Source: an uncultured Alphaproteobacteria bacterium
Lineage (GTDB): Bacteria; Pseudomonadota; Alphaproteobacteria; Rhizobiales; Beijerinckiaceae
DNA: 64,000 nt
NCBI GenBank assembly: GCA_963806935.1
Contig: CAWEAT010000011.1
Location: 140,347 to 204,346, forward strand
Direction of reading: 5' to 3'
Shown: positions 1 through 13,481 of the stretch, in pieces
How positions within the stretch are numbered: the stretch's first letter is position 1
How the letters are laid out: the number at the start of each line of letters is the position of its first letter
Program-made: the position numbers and the translations under genes
The notes under the pieces: generated by a model
Database searches by the model: none
Seen by the model: the letters and a program-made list of their open reading frames with translations, nothing else
What the model was told of the DNA's origin: nothing

Positions 1-4
1 TCAC

Positions 5-286
5 ATGAACGCCAGATCCGCGATCACCGCCGCCGCGCTCGCGGCCTCCCTCGCCGGGGCGCTTGCGACCGTCGCGAAGGCGGGCCCTGCCCCGGCCCAG
101 CCCGGCGCCGACAAATGCTACGGCGTCGCGCTTGCAGGCAAGAACGACTGCGCCGCCGGCGCCGGCACGACCTGCGCCGGCACCTCCACCGTCGACTACG
201 ATCCAGGGCACTGGAAATATGTCGCCAAAGGCACCTGCGAAGCCATGAAGACGCCGAAGGGCCACGGCTCGCTGACCGCGATGTGA
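5..286 (+). CDS. DUF2282-family secreted Cys-rich protein (BufA1/bufferin precursor-like)
   Basis: Signal peptide followed by [25 protein letters not shown]...W..V.KGTC, the four-Cys DUF2282 pattern. Confidence 0.85.
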   Translation: MNARSAITAAALAASLAGALATVAKAGPAPAQPGADKCYGVALAGKNDCAAGAGTTCAGTSTVDYDPGHWKYVAKGTCEAMKTPKGHGSLTAM

Positions 287-307
287 GCTTTCGGGCCCGC
301 TTCTTTC

Positions 308-333
308 CGGCCCCGCTCGCGTGAGCGGGGCCG
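308..333. terminator. Hairpin between convergent genes, likely intrinsic terminator
   Basis: Perfect 11-bp stem CGGCCCCGCTC-gcgt-GAGCGGGGCCG flanked by T-rich bases. Confidence 0.6.
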
Positions 334-351
334 CTTGTTGGCGCGAAGCTA

Positions 352-2065
352 TTATTCCGGAAAATCCTCGATCCTGAACTCCGATTCCGCCCTCTCGCCG
401 CGTTCAGCGAGCGCGGATTCGCGCATGCGCAGCTCAACTCGCCGGATCTTGCCCGATATGGTCTTCGGCAGTTCGTAAAACTCGATGCGCCGCACGCGTT
501 TATAGGGTGAGAGCCGCTCGCGGAGGTGGGCGAAGATCGCGGCAGCGGTTGCGCGGTCTCCAGCAAAGCCGGCGGCAAGCGTGACATAGGCCTTCGGAAT
601 GGTGTGGCGCACCGGGTCGGGCGCCGGCACGACTGCGGCTTCCGCGACCGCCGCATGTTCGATCAGCACGCTTTCGAGTTCGAATGGGCTCAGGCGATAG
701 TCGCTCGATTTGAAAACGTCATCGGCGCGACCGATGAAGGCGATGTGGCCTTCAGCGTCGCGCGAGGCGACGTCGCCGGTCCGGTAATACTCGCCCTCGA
801 TCTGCATGAGGTCGCCATTCTCGTTCTGATAGCCGCGCATCAGGCCCACAGGCCGCGGGCGCAAGGGAATCGCGATCTCGCCGTTGTCGCTCTCGAGCCC
901 GTCGGCGTCGAGGAGCGCGATGCGATAACCGGGCAAGGGTCGCCCCATCGACCCCGGGACGACCGCCTGTCCGGGCGAGTTGCCGATCATCATCGTGGTC
1001 TCGGTCTGGCCGTAGGAATCGCGCAAGGTTAGGCCCCAGGCGCGTCTCACCTGCTCGATGATCTCGGGGTTCACGGGCTCGCCGGCCGCGTTGACCTCGC
1101 GGAGCGCGACTTTCCATTGTCCGAGGTCGTGTTGGATCAGCATCCGCCACACGGTCGGCGGCGCGCAGAATGTCGTGACCTCATGTTCGATCAGCGCATC
1201 GAGCGTCGCCCGCGGGTCGAACCGCCCCGCGAACGCGATTACCGTCGCTCCGGCGTTCCACGGCGCAAAGACGCTTGACCAGGCATGCTTGGCCCATCCG
1301 GGCGACGAAATGTTGAGATGTGCGTCACCGGGCATGAGACCCAGTCCGTACATCGTCGACAAATGCCCAATCGGGTAGCTCGCATGGCTGTGCACAACCA
1401 GCTTCGAGCGCGCGGTCGTACCCGAGGTGAAATAGAGGAGCATCGGGTCGTCGGCCTTGGTCGGACCGTCGGGCTCGAAGCGCTCGGCGCCGCCGAGAAG
1501 CGCGTCGTAGGATCGCCAGCCGAGTGGCGCCTCGCCAATCGCGATCCGCTCGATCGTTCCTCCGGCGCGCGCGAATTTCTCCGCCTCGGCGCCGTGGGTG
1601 ATCAGGAACTTCGCCCTGCCGCGGTCCAACCGGTCGGCGATGTCGACTGGGGCGCAGCGCCGGCATCGCCGGGATCAGCACCAGGCCGAGTTTCATCGCG
1701 GCCAGCATTGTCACCCATAGCTCCGGGACCACGCCCAGCATCATCAGGAGCCGGTCGCCGCGCCTCGCCCCGAGCGCGCGCAGACCATTGGCGAGCCGCG
1801 ACGATTCCCGGCTGAGGTCGGCGAAGCTCCTCGTTTCGACGCCGTCGCCGATGACTTTCAGCGCCGGCTTGAGGCCGTCCTCGCCGGCCGCGAGTTCCGC
1901 GTCGAACCAGTCGAGCGCCCAGTTGAACCGCTCCGGACGCGGCCAGACGAACGCCGCCCTCGCGCCGTGATAGTCGCCGCGAAAGTTGAGGAGCAGGTCC
2001 CGCGCCTCGCGAAAGGTCGGCGCCTTACCTGAACTGGCGGAGGATGAGAACGAGACCTGAGACAT
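352..2065 (-). CDS. AMP-binding acyl-CoA synthetase (acetate/short-chain CoA ligase family); one frameshift near 1650
   Basis: YFTSGTT AMP-binding motif, YGQTET, GRADDVFKS, LPKTISGKIRR; split across ORFs 1325-2065 and 352-1629. Confidence 0.85.
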
Positions 2066-2289
2066 CCGTTGAACGTCACTCCCCTTGACGGAGCCGACTT
2101 ACCGCCGCCACAAAGAATTTGAGAGGCTGGCGCCAATCACAGCCCTTGTCGAGGCCTCTTAGGCGTCGTGGATGGAGCGGACGTCAATCCCGACAGCCTG
2201 GCGCGCGTGCGCTCGCCCGAAAACGGCTACAGGTCCGTGACCTTCGCCAAGGACGTCGAAGCATCGATGCGAATCAGCGGCAGCGAGCG

Positions 2290-3700
2290 TCACGAGCCGC
2301 GCCTCTTCTTCCCCGCGTACGGGTTCTCGCCGCCGGAGCGCAGCGAAAGGCGGATCGGCACGCCGAACAGGCCGAAGGTCTCGCGCAGGCCGTTCACGAG
2401 GTAGCGCTTGTAGCTTTCGGGAATGCTGGCGACGGAATTGCCGAACAGGACGAAGAACGGCGGACGCGCCTTGGGCTGGGTCATGTAGCGGATCTTGACC
2501 CGCCGCCCCGAGACCGCCGGCGGCGGCGTCTCGTCGACGACCGGCTGAAGCCAGCGGTTGAGCCGCCCGGTCGAGATGCGCATGTTCCAGATTGCGTCGG
2601 TGGCGATGATTGCCTCCATCAGCTTGTCGACATGCGAGCCGGTCAGGCCTGAAACCGGAATCACCCGCGCGCCGCGCAATTGGGGCAAGAGACGGTCGGC
2701 CTCGGCGCGCAATTCGCGCGCCCTGTCGCTCTTGTTGTCGATCAGGTCCCACTTGTTGAGCCCAATGACGAGCGCCCTGCCCTCCTGTTCAACCAAATCA
2801 GCAAGGGTCAGGTCCTGCTTCTCAAAGGGGATCGTGGCGTCCAGCAAAAGCACCACGACTTCGGCGAACCTGACCGCCCTCAGCGCATCGGCGACGGCAA
2901 GCTTCTCGATCTTGCCGACGATGCGCGAGCGCCGGCGCAGGCCAGCCGTGTCGAAGATCTTGAGCCTGCGCCCGCCCCATTCGGCGTCGAGCCCGATCGA
3001 ATCGCGGGTGATGCCGGGCTCGGGGCCGGTCAAGAGCCGCTCCTGCCCGAGGACGCGGTTGATGAGCGTCGATTTGCCCGCGTTCGGCCGCCCCAGCACC
3101 GCGATGCGCAGGGGCTTGGCAAGGTCTAGCTCGCTGCCGTCCTCTTCCTCGCCCAGGATCAACGGCTCGGTGCTGCTCTCTTCGTCTTCGCCGACGCGGG
3201 CGGCTGGCGGCAGAACGGCGGCGAGTGCATCATAGAGTTCGCCCAGGCCCTCGCCGTGCTCGGCGGAAAATGCGATCGGATCGCCGAGGCCGAGCCCGAA
3301 TGCCTCGTAGACGCCGTCCCGCGCGCCCGCTCCCTCAGCCTTGTTTGCAACGACGATGATTGGCTTGCCGGCGCGGCGCACGCCGGAGGCGAAATGCCGA
3401 TCAGCGGCGGTGAGGCCGGAGCGCGAGTTCGACGACGAACAGGATCGCGTCGCAATCCTTGAGAGCCTCCTCCGTCTGTGCGCGCATGCGCCCGGCGAGC
3501 GTTTCGGGATCGCCCTCCTCGAGGCCCGCCGTGTCAACGATCGTGAATGCGAGATCGGCAAGTCGCGCGTCGCCTTCGCGACGGTCGCGGGTGACGCCCG
3601 GCTCGTCATCGACCAGCGCGAGCTTGCGTCCCACCAGACGGTTGAACAGCGTCGATTTGCCGACGTTCGGCCGGCCGATAATCGCGACCCTGGCGCTCAA
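2290..3700 (-). CDS. der: Ribosome biogenesis GTPase Der (EngA); one frameshift near 3428
   Basis: Two GTPase domains ([28 protein letters not shown]) plus C-terminal KH-like domain; an extra A in GTCGAACTCGCG explains the split. Confidence 0.95.
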
Positions 3701-3744
3701 TCTCGCCTCAAACCGGTTCGGCCGGTCGCGGCCAGAGTGGACAA

Positions 3745-4407
3745 TTACTTCGCGGCCGTCCGGTTCGCGGCCACAAGTCCAAGCCAGCGCGACGCCAACT
3801 GCCGCTCGTCCGGCGACACTTCGGGATCCCCAAGCACGAGATCGAGCTCCCTGGCGGCGTCGTCATAGTCCTTCCTCGCCAACGCCAGCGCCGCGAGATC
3901 GAGCGCGGCCAGGCGCCGAAAAGGTCCCTCGGCGGCGGAAAGTGCAGTCAGCTCTGCTTCGCCCTTCTGCTCCTCGCCGGGAATGTCCGCCCTGATCAGC
4001 GCCGCGCGAAGACGGGCGGCGTCGCGCAAAAGCGGATCGATCGCGGCGTCGCCGGCGACCGCATCGAAAGCGGCCGCCGCACCCGGCGGATCGCTCTGGG
4101 CCCTGGCGCCAGCCGCCGCCATTTGCGCGAGCGCCCGATAGCCGCTCGGCCCCTCCGCCGCGATCTTGTCGAAACCCGCTTTCGCCTCGTCGAGCTTGCC
4201 GCCCTCGAGCGCGGCGAGCGCCTGCTGGAACTGATCCCCAGCGGCCTGCTGCGCCCGTTCGCGCTCATATTGCCAATAGCGAAACCCGGCCGCGGCGAGC
4301 ACGATCAGCGCCGCGCCGGCCAGGATCAGGTTTTGGTATTTCTTCCAGAACTCCGCCGCCTTGTCGCGCCGGACTTCCTCGTCAACTTCCTGAAAAATGT
4401 CGCTCAT
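3745..4407 (-). CDS. YfgM-like TPR membrane protein
   Basis: [15 protein letters not shown] start, single TM helix, TPR-like helices, position upstream of der. Confidence 0.8.
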   Translation of the reverse strand: MSDIFQEVDEEVRRDKAAEFWKKYQNLILAGAALIVLAAAGFRYWQYERERAQQAAGDQFQQALAALEGGKLDEAKAGFDKIAAEGPSGYRALAQMAAAGARAQSDPPGAAAAFDAVAGDAAIDPLLRDAARLRAALIRADIPGEEQKGEAELTALSAAEGPFRRLAALDLAALALARKDYDDAARELDLVLGDPEVSPDERQLASRWLGLVAANRTAAK

Positions 4408-4539
4408 GCTTGACGCTCGGACCGACGCTTACTCGCCCCTCCGGGTCTCGCAGGCGTTTGGCGGATTCGGGCCGCACTATCACAAGCAGAGGGCGAAAGC
4501 GAGTTTACGCGCTAACGCCCAAGACCCAAAGGGGCTCAT

Positions 4540-4645
4540 GGAGGGAACGTCGACACCGACACGAACATCATCGAGTGGACGGCCGCCTATTCCGACCTCG
4601 CGACGGAGCCGATCGGCTCCCATTTCCGCGGCCCCGTCTCGGATG
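4540..4645 (+). pseudogene. Possible degenerate CHRD-domain fragment
   Basis: Frame reads NVDTDTNIIEWTAAYSDLATEPIGSHFRGPV, resembling the CHRD pattern D..T..L.W...YS.L......AHFHGP; no start codon or full domain. Confidence 0.4.
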
Positions 4646-5157
4646 GCCTCCCCGGACGCCGAAGAATGACGAACAGAGTAGGGACCTGAAGTTTTCCTAT
4701 GGGCAATGCTCGCCGCCACGGTGGTCGGCGAGTTCGACGAGCGGGTACATAGAGTTGGATCGGACGCGCAGTGGTGATGAACCCAGCGGGCGCGCCCTAT
4801 TCCTTTTTCGACGCGTCGAAGCCCGATCTCGGACTCTGGCCGACGTTTGGCCCGCCCGACACGCTCCCTGTCAGTAAGCAAAACCCGCCCAAAATCGACC
4901 CTCAGCCGATGCAGGTGGTGCGCAGGCATCCGATCCATGCCTCGACCATGGCGATGAAACGCTCTCCCGGCAACCATGGTGCTATTGAGACGCGCAGGGC
5001 AAGCGGCGGGGCGGCGCCGTTCGCAGCGCCAATTGGCCGCGGACAGTGGCGATTGACTGCGCGCGAATTTAGAATCATTCTAAACAGTGGTAGAGTGGCG
5101 GCCCTCAAGCGAGATCCACCACTTCTGGTGTCAATCCAATCCGTCAATGAGGCGCCC

Positions 5158-5421
5158 ATGCGTGAGAGCTGCAGAAATTCCGGCGTCAGCCGGCGCTCCG
5201 TCCTTTTGGCCGCGGCCGGGGCCGCGCCGCTCCTCGCGCTGACTGGCAGCGAAGCGCAGGCGAAGCTGGCGCAGACCGCAGTCAAGTATCAAACCGATCC
5301 GAAGGACGGCAAACAGTGCGACGGCTGCAATTTTTTCGTCGCCCCGAATTCGTGCAAGATGGTCGATGGCGACATTTCGCCGACCGGCTGGTGCAGTCTG
5401 TGGGTGAAGAAGCCGGCGTGA
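5158..5421 (+). CDS. High-potential iron-sulfur protein (HiPIP), Tat-exported
   Basis: SRRSVL twin-arginine signal; C-x2-C...C...GWC pattern (QCDGCNFF...SCKMVDGDISPTGWC). Confidence 0.85.
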   Translation: MRESCRNSGVSRRSVLLAAAGAAPLLALTGSEAQAKLAQTAVKYQTDPKDGKQCDGCNFFVAPNSCKMVDGDISPTGWCSLWVKKPA

Positions 5422-5605
5422 GGCCATGCTCGGGCGGCTTCGGCGCCGCCCGATGTCCAACCAGCGCTTACCCAAGGGGCGAGGCGCGCGTCTCTGCTTC
5501 GATTTCGACGTCACTTCGGGCTTCAGAACGCCGAGACGACGACTCGTCCTGCACTTGCGCCGGATTGCAAGGCGTCAGGGCGAGTGCGCAGCCGCACGAC
5601 GCCTT

Positions 5606-7610
5606 TCATCCGAACTCCATAATCACCGCATCGACCGCCAGAGAATCGCCTTCCTTGGCGAGGATCGCCTTCACCGTCGCGTCACGTTCGGCGTTCAGCA
5701 CATTCTCCATCTTCATCGCTTCGACGATGCAAAGCTGCTCTCCCGTCTTCACCTCCTGCCCGACCTTGACGGCAATCGCCTTGACGAGACCGGGCATCGG
5801 GCACAGGAGGAAGCGCGAGCCGTCCACGACCTTGCGCTCGATCATGAGCGCGGCCAGCGCCGCCTCGCGACGGGTATAGACGCGCGTGTCGACCGCAACT
5901 CCGGCGTGGGAAAGCGCATAGCCGTTGAGGATGGGGCGCGCCTGTACGGCGATCTCGACGCCGTCGACGGTCCCGCGCCAGAGCGGATCGCCAGGCCTCC
6001 AATCCGAGTGAACCGCGACTCTGCGGCCGTCACCAAACACAATCTCGACGACGCCCTTCTTTGGGTCGATTTCGAGCTCGATGCGGTTCTTACCCATTGC
6101 GACCACCCGCTTGAGCTCGAAGCGCATCCGCTCGGGCTCGCGCAACTGACCGGAAATGTGGCGCTTTCGCTCGTTCAGCGTGTGGTCGATATGCGCGGCC
6201 GCCACGGCCAGTCTGAGCTCGGTTTCGCCTTTAGCGACCAACGGATGGAAGCCACCAGGGAATTCCTCAGCGATGAAGCCAGTCGAAAGCCGCCCTTCGC
6301 GCCAGCGCGGATGCTGCATCAGCGCCGACAGGAAGGGAATGTTGTGGCGGATACCGTCGATGACGAAGGCATCGAGCGCGGTCGCCTGAGCGTCGATCGC
6401 GCCCGCCCGATCGGGCGCGTGGGTCACGAGTTTGGCGATCATCGGATCATAATGGATGGAGATCTCCCCGCCCTCGTAGACGCCGGTGTCGTTGCGAACG
6501 GTGACGCCGTGATGCGTCCCCTCGGGCGGCGGGCGATATTTCACCAGGCGTCCGGTCGAGGGTAGGAAGCCGCGCGTCGGGTCCTCGGCGTAGACTCGGC
6601 TCTCGACCGCCCAGCCGGAAAGTTTGACGTCGGTCTGCTTTAGGCGCAGTGGCTCGCCCGCGGCGCTCCGGATCATCTCCTCGACCAGATCGACGCCGGT
6701 GACGAGTTCGGTCACGGGATGCTCGACTTGCAGCCGGGTGTTCATCTCGAGGAAATAAAAGCTCCGGTCCTGGCCGGCGACAAACTCGACGGTGCCGGCA
6801 AAATCGTACTGGACCGCCTGGGCGAGCGCGACTGCCTGTTCGCCCATCTTTCGGCGCGTCTTGGCGTCGATCAGCGACGAGGGCGCTTCCTCGATCACCT
6901 TCTGATTGCGGCGCTGGATCGAGCATTCGCGCTCGCCGAGATAGATGACATGGCCGTGCTTGTCGCCCAGCACCTGGATCTCGATATGGCGCGGATTGAC
7001 AATGAATTTCTCGACGAACACCCGGTCGTCGCCGAACGAGGATTTCGCCTCCGAGCGGGCGCGGGCGAAGCCTTCCGACACCTCGCGGCGGGAGTGGGCG
7101 ATCCGCATGCCCTTTCCGCCGCCGCCAGCCGAGGCCTTAATCATGACCGGATAGCCGATCTCGTCGGCGATCTCGGCCGCTCGCTCAGGCGATTCGATCA
7201 CCCCGAGATAGCCAGGCACAGTCGAAACCTTGGCGGCGTTGGCGAATTTCTTCGAATTCAATCTTGTCGCCCATCGCCTCGATGGCGCCGGCGTTAGGTC
7301 CGATGAAAACGATTTTCGCTTCGGCGAGGGCATGGGCGAATGCGGCGCGCTCGGAGAGAAACCCGTAGCCGGGATGGACCGCCTCGGCGCCGGTCGTCTT
7401 GCAGGCGTCGACGATCTTGTCGATCACGAGATAGGACTGAGCGGCGGCCGGGGGACCGATGGCGACGGCCTCATCGGCCATTTCGACATGGAGCGCGTCC
7501 TTATCGGCTTCCGAATAGACCGCGACGGTCTTGATTCCCATGCGTCGCGCCGTCTTGATTATGCGGCACGCGATTTCGCCTCGGTTGGCGATGAGAATCT
7601 TCTTGAACAT
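5606..7610 (-). CDS. pccA: Propionyl/acetyl-CoA carboxylase alpha subunit (biotin carboxylase + BCCP); one frameshift near 7255
   Basis: [50 protein letters not shown] biotin motif. Confidence 0.9.
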
Positions 7611-7879
7611 CGGCGCCCCTGCGAGAAAAGCGCTGGGCTCTCCCCTCAGGGCGTTTCTATTGGAACGACCGAAGCGCGTAAACAACCACGACCACAAGGC
7701 CCGCGCCCGTCGCGCCGCTCAATGTTAATAGTTTTCTATGTCCAACTTACGTAGGCTTGCGCCCGCGCGCAGACACGCGCCAACCGGGCGAGGGCCGCCG
7801 GCTATTCTACACAACATTTCAGCCGGAACGCTCGGGCGCTACCCGTGCGTGGGCTTGCCGGTCACTTCCGGGCCGCGCT

Positions 7880-8143
7880 TCAAGAGCAGACTTCGACCAA
7901 CCGCCAAGCGCCTTTTAGCCTGAGTCGCGTGCGCGAGACGTAGCAACCATATGACGGCGCCCGGATCGGCCAGGCGAATGGCGGTCCGGGCCACGGATAT
8001 CCGCTGAAGCCAAAGTAGCCGGGGCCGACAATCCAAGCGACCGGGTAGGGCGGATATGTGAACGGCTCAGCGCGTACCGAACTCGGCGGAAAGAAAGCGC
8101 CGAGCGCGAGAGCGGCTACGAACGAGGCTGCAGCTTTCGTCAC
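7880..8143 (-). CDS. Small secreted Pro/aromatic-rich hypothetical protein
   Basis: Signal peptide ending VRA, Pro/Tyr/Trp-rich body, C-terminal C...C pair typical of small rhizobial proteins. Confidence 0.5.
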   Translation of the reverse strand: MTKAAASFVAALALGAFFPPSSVRAEPFTYPPYPVAWIVGPGYFGFSGYPWPGPPFAWPIRAPSYGCYVSRTRLRLKGAWRLVEVCS

Positions 8144-8257
8144 GCAGAGATTCTCCAGCCCAAAACGCGTGCGCTGGCAACCGGACGCGCACCGCTATTG
8201 GATAATGCGCTTAGCAGCGCGCGGCAAGGAAATCCGACGCCTGCCGGCCCCGCTATA

Positions 8258-8707
8258 CTACCCGGTGATCGCGGCAGGGAGCGCTTCCACGACGCTTCGG
8301 CAGCCGTCCAAGGCGCGCGCCTTTCCCGCATCGAGAAACCACTGCGGCACGCTGTGCGCTTCGGCAAGCACGTGGACCAGCGCGGCCAGGGCTTCAACCG
8401 ACTTGCATTCGTCCACACGGGTCAATAGCCAGGAGGCCCGCTCTTCGCTGACCAGGCCCGCGGGGTGGGACTGCCGGACGACATGACGGGCGATCATTTC
8501 AACGAAGAATTTTTTCCACTCAGGCGCATTGTCCATGTCCGCTCGCGCCACGGCGAACAACTCGTCAGCCTCCTCCCGCGTCACGACGCCGTCGGCGAAA
8601 ACTTCCCGCCTCAGCCAAGCAACGTCTTGCGCTGTCACCCGGCGGCCTAGGACCATCGCGCTGATGATCGTGCGGCTCCTCTCGATTGCGAAACCCATCC
8701 TACGCAC
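8258..8707 (-). CDS. Conserved hypothetical protein
   Basis: DVAWLRREVFADGVVTREEADELF resembles an alphaproteobacterial hypothetical family; start uncertain. Confidence 0.5.
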   Translation of the reverse strand: MRRMGFAIERSRTIISAMVLGRRVTAQDVAWLRREVFADGVVTREEADELFAVARADMDNAPEWKKFFVEMIARHVVRQSHPAGLVSEERASWLLTRVDECKSVEALAALVHVLAEAHSVPQWFLDAGKARALDGCRSVVEALPAAITG

Positions 8708-9359
8708 CTGCTCTACACTCGATCTGTTCGCTCGCCGGGACTGTTCGGACGCCGGTAGGGAACCTGCGCTTCAATATTTTCTGGCAGGTGAATCCGACCG
8801 TAACGTAATGAAATGCATCGCGGCACAGTTAAGCTTCAGCAAAGCGTCATGGTAACGTGAAGATGAAGGCCCCCGTTAACGACAAGTAAAGAGGGCCCCG
8901 AGTTCACGCTTTGTCGTTGGACTGCTGCGGTGGCGATTTAGCGGTCGATTCGGTTAGAAGCGCGCGATGAGAGATTCGTTCACGAAACCGCCTCTCCGCT
9001 GTCGCCACGGCGGCCGTTTTGATCTGGCGTCGCGCGCTGGCGGCTCTACGTGAGGGCCGACAATTCTGCACGCCTGCTCAGCTCGTTTTGGCTCCGAAAA
9101 CGACGCCTTCCCCGACACGAGGGGCATTCCTCGCAGCGGTTAACGCCCGCGCCGCGGACTTGCGGCGCTTCGGGGGCTGAGGGCGCCTTGTATTACCCCG
9201 CCGACTTCAGCTCGCTGATCGCGCAGGGACACTCGGAGCGGGTTTGCCGCCTCGTAGCACGGCGGCCTCCGGAGGGGCGCTTGTGGCAGGACGCGGTCGA
9301 TTGTGCCACAATTGATAGTTAGCCTGTGGACGTGGCTGCGAAGCACTAAGGAGGAGTCG

Positions 9360-9497
9360 ATGGCGAAGGGCCAGCTGAGAGGTAACAAAGAAGCCAAGAA
9401 GCCAAAGGCGGACAAGCCTAAGAGCTCGGTGTCCGAATACAAGAAGTCGCAGGGAGTGACGGGTCAGGCTCTAAATCCGCCGGGGAAGAAATCCTGA
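9360..9497 (+). CDS. Small basic (Lys-rich) hypothetical protein
   Basis: Strong RBS AAGGAGGAG before ATG; MAKGQLRGNKEAKKPKADK. Confidence 0.6.
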   Translation: MAKGQLRGNKEAKKPKADKPKSSVSEYKKSQGVTGQALNPPGKKS

Positions 9498-9641
9498 ACC
9501 AGGAACTTGGCGGTCAGCGAGCCCGGCGCCCAATCGCTGGAGCTGCTTTGCTGCGTCGATATGGCGGACTCACGGAGAAGGCTCGAGCGCGTTGAAGTCC
9601 ACGATCGGGGGCGTCCGCGGGTTCGCTCCGGTGGTGAGTGG

Positions 9642-11174
<1,533 letters not shown>

Positions 11175-11263
11175 AGTCTTGCGGCTTCCTTGCGAAAAAC
11201 TCGGCCTGATCCCGCATAGCATGGCGCGGGCCGCGCGTAACGCAGACGGCCCGGCACTAGATG

Positions 11264-12022
11264 TCAGCGCCAGTCGCCCGCCGCCAGGGCCGCCGCTTCG
11301 AACTCCCTCCAGCGCGCCTCGCGCCGCGCCGTCGCCTCCTGGTCCGCGCCCCAGCGCTCGGCCTGAAAGCTTTCGTCGACATGCGCCGCCAGCCACGCCT
11401 CCTCGGGCGAGAGCCGTCCGCGCGCGACCGCAAGCGCAAGGAGAGCCGAGCCTGTCAGCGTCGTCATGGCGCTGAGCGCGGCGAGTGCGACTGGATCGTC
11501 GAAATCCCCAACCGCCGACCGAACAGCGGCGATTGACTCCGACGGCTGCTCGACATGGATAATGCCCGAGGTCAGGACAAAACGCGCGCCAAGCGCCTCT
11601 GCCGCCCACGCTAGGATCGGATCAAAAGCGAGCCGCTGGCGTTCGGCCAGCGCTTCCGGCTCCTCAGCGCGGTAGAAGAGCAGATCGGAGCCGGCATATT
11701 TCACCACTTCCGCGCGCGTCTCGGCCATTGTGGCCGAGACGCCGTCCACCGCCGAGTTGATAAGCCGGGTCAGCGGCATTTCGCCGGGATCGAGTGTATC
11801 GCGCTGCCGGTCCCATTCGGCCGCGACCTTGAGCATGAGGGCCCGATTCTTCGCGGTTAGCGGCTTGCCGCCGGGCGTCCGCGCGCCACGGCCGTCGAGC
11901 GTGAGGGTGTGCTGGCCGCCCGCGGCCTCGCGGATATCGACGGACCCATAGAAGCGCTTGATCGCGGCCGGACGCATATTCGCCTGCGCCGCCCGCATCG
12001 GATCGCGTGGCGCCTCACTCAT
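11264..12022 (-). CDS. ATP12-family chaperone
   Basis: [38 protein letters not shown]...WG..D motifs. Confidence 0.85.
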   Translation of the reverse strand: MSEAPRDPMRAAQANMRPAAIKRFYGSVDIREAAGGQHTLTLDGRGARTPGGKPLTAKNRALMLKVAAEWDRQRDTLDPGEMPLTRLINSAVDGVSATMAETRAEVVKYAGSDLLFYRAEEPEALAERQRLAFDPILAWAAEALGARFVLTSGIIHVEQPSESIAAVRSAVGDFDDPVALAALSAMTTLTGSALLALAVARGRLSPEEAWLAAHVDESFQAERWGADQEATARREARWREFEAAALAAGDWR

Positions 12023-13103
12023 CGGGCGCATCCTCGATTGGATCGCGCTCGCTCAAGTCGAACCCGAACATGGCGAAGCTTTTCTTCATATGCTCCGGCA
12101 GGGGCGCGGTCACGTCGATGATTCCGCCGCGCGGATGGGGAAGGACCAAGCGGCGCGCCAAAAGGTGCAGCTTCGGTTCAAGCCCGGGTGGAACGGCGCG
12201 TAAAGGATCGCTGCGGGCCGGATCGTTGGCGGGACGGCGGTTGTATTTCGGATCGCCGACAATCGGATGGCCAATTGCCTCGCAATGGGCGCGCAGCTGA
12301 TGAGTCCGGCCGGTCACCGGGCGCATGGAAACCCACGCGAGCCGGGGCGCGACCTTGTCGACGACCGCATAGAGCGTCAAGGAATGTTGCGCATCTTTGT
12401 CGCCATGACTGGCGACCCGCACCCGCTCGAGAGCCGCCCTGGCCGGCCCGTGGCCGCGCGCTTCGCCCATGCCTTCGCCTTTCGCAAGAAACATCGAGAT
12501 GCGCCCCAGCGCCGGTTTCGGCACGCCTTCGACAAGCGCCCAGTAGATCTTGCGCGCGCCGCGGGAGCGGAAGATCTCGCCAAGTTCCGCCGCCATCTTG
12601 CGCGACTTGGCGATCAGCAGCACGCCCGAAGTATCGCGATCGATCCGATGGACGAGAACGGGGCGCTCGCCCTGCCTGTTGGAGAGTGCTTCGAGCATTC
12701 CGTCAATGTGACGCTTCGTTCCCGAGCCGCCCTGCACCGCGAGGCCGTAGGGCTTATTGAGCACGATAACGTCCCGGTCTTCGAACAGCGTCATCGCCCG
12801 GATCGCCTCGCAGTCGCCGGGACTGGCGCGGCTGGCCGGCTGCCCCTGCCCTGCCGCCGGCCGGAGCGGCGGCACGCGCACGCTTTCGCCGGCCCCGAGC
12901 CGGGTCGATACGTCAGCGCGCCGGCCTGCGACGCGCACCTCGCCCTTGCGCACGATTTTCATCAAGTGCGAAATCGAGATCAACGGAAATCGGCGGCGGA
13001 GCCAGCGATCGAGCCGCATGCCTCCTTCATCCTCGCTGACTGCAAGCGTTGCCGCCCGTTCGAACGCCCCCCGCCCCGGCGCAATCGTCTTGTCCTGCCG
13101 CAT
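12015..13103 (-). CDS. RluA-family 23S rRNA pseudouridine synthase (RluC-like)
   Basis: S4 domain, NKPYGLAVQGG, catalytic HRIDRDTSG, TGRTHQLRAH. Confidence 0.9.
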   Translation of the reverse strand: MRQDKTIAPGRGAFERAATLAVSEDEGGMRLDRWLRRRFPLISISHLMKIVRKGEVRVAGRRADVSTRLGAGESVRVPPLRPAAGQGQPASRASPGDCEAIRAMTLFEDRDVIVLNKPYGLAVQGGSGTKRHIDGMLEALSNRQGERPVLVHRIDRDTSGVLLIAKSRKMAAELGEIFRSRGARKIYWALVEGVPKPALGRISMFLAKGEGMGEARGHGPARAALERVRVASHGDKDAQHSLTLYAVVDKVAPRLAWVSMRPVTGRTHQLRAHCEAIGHPIVGDPKYNRRPANDPARSDPLRAVPPGLEPKLHLLARRLVLPHPRGGIIDVTAPLPEHMKKSFAMFGFDLSERDPIEDAPDE

Positions 13104-13481
13104 GCAGCAGGTGATAGCGCAGCAACCTTGGGCCGCATAGGGGCCGACGCTGGCTCAAGCCGGCCGAGCCGTGGGATATCCCCGCCCGGCATAGTCGAAG
13201 TCGCGCAGTTTCTGCGGCATGCGTCGATATAGCGTCTGATGGCGCGCTCGATATCGGCGTGTCGGTCGACTCTGACATGACGGCGCTCCACGCTTCTTCC
13301 GGCGGGCGATCGAAGCACCAAATTGATAGACTCGAAAGTCCTCCTGGCAGCCGTGCGGACGCCCCCGCCCGCTATGCTCTGAAGGGTGCGGCGGGAACGC
13401 ATAAGGCCTGTCAATGACAGAGGTCATTGCAGTGCGTTAGATTGGCGGCGAGAGGGTTTTCCGGGGCGAAAGGGAGGCGGC

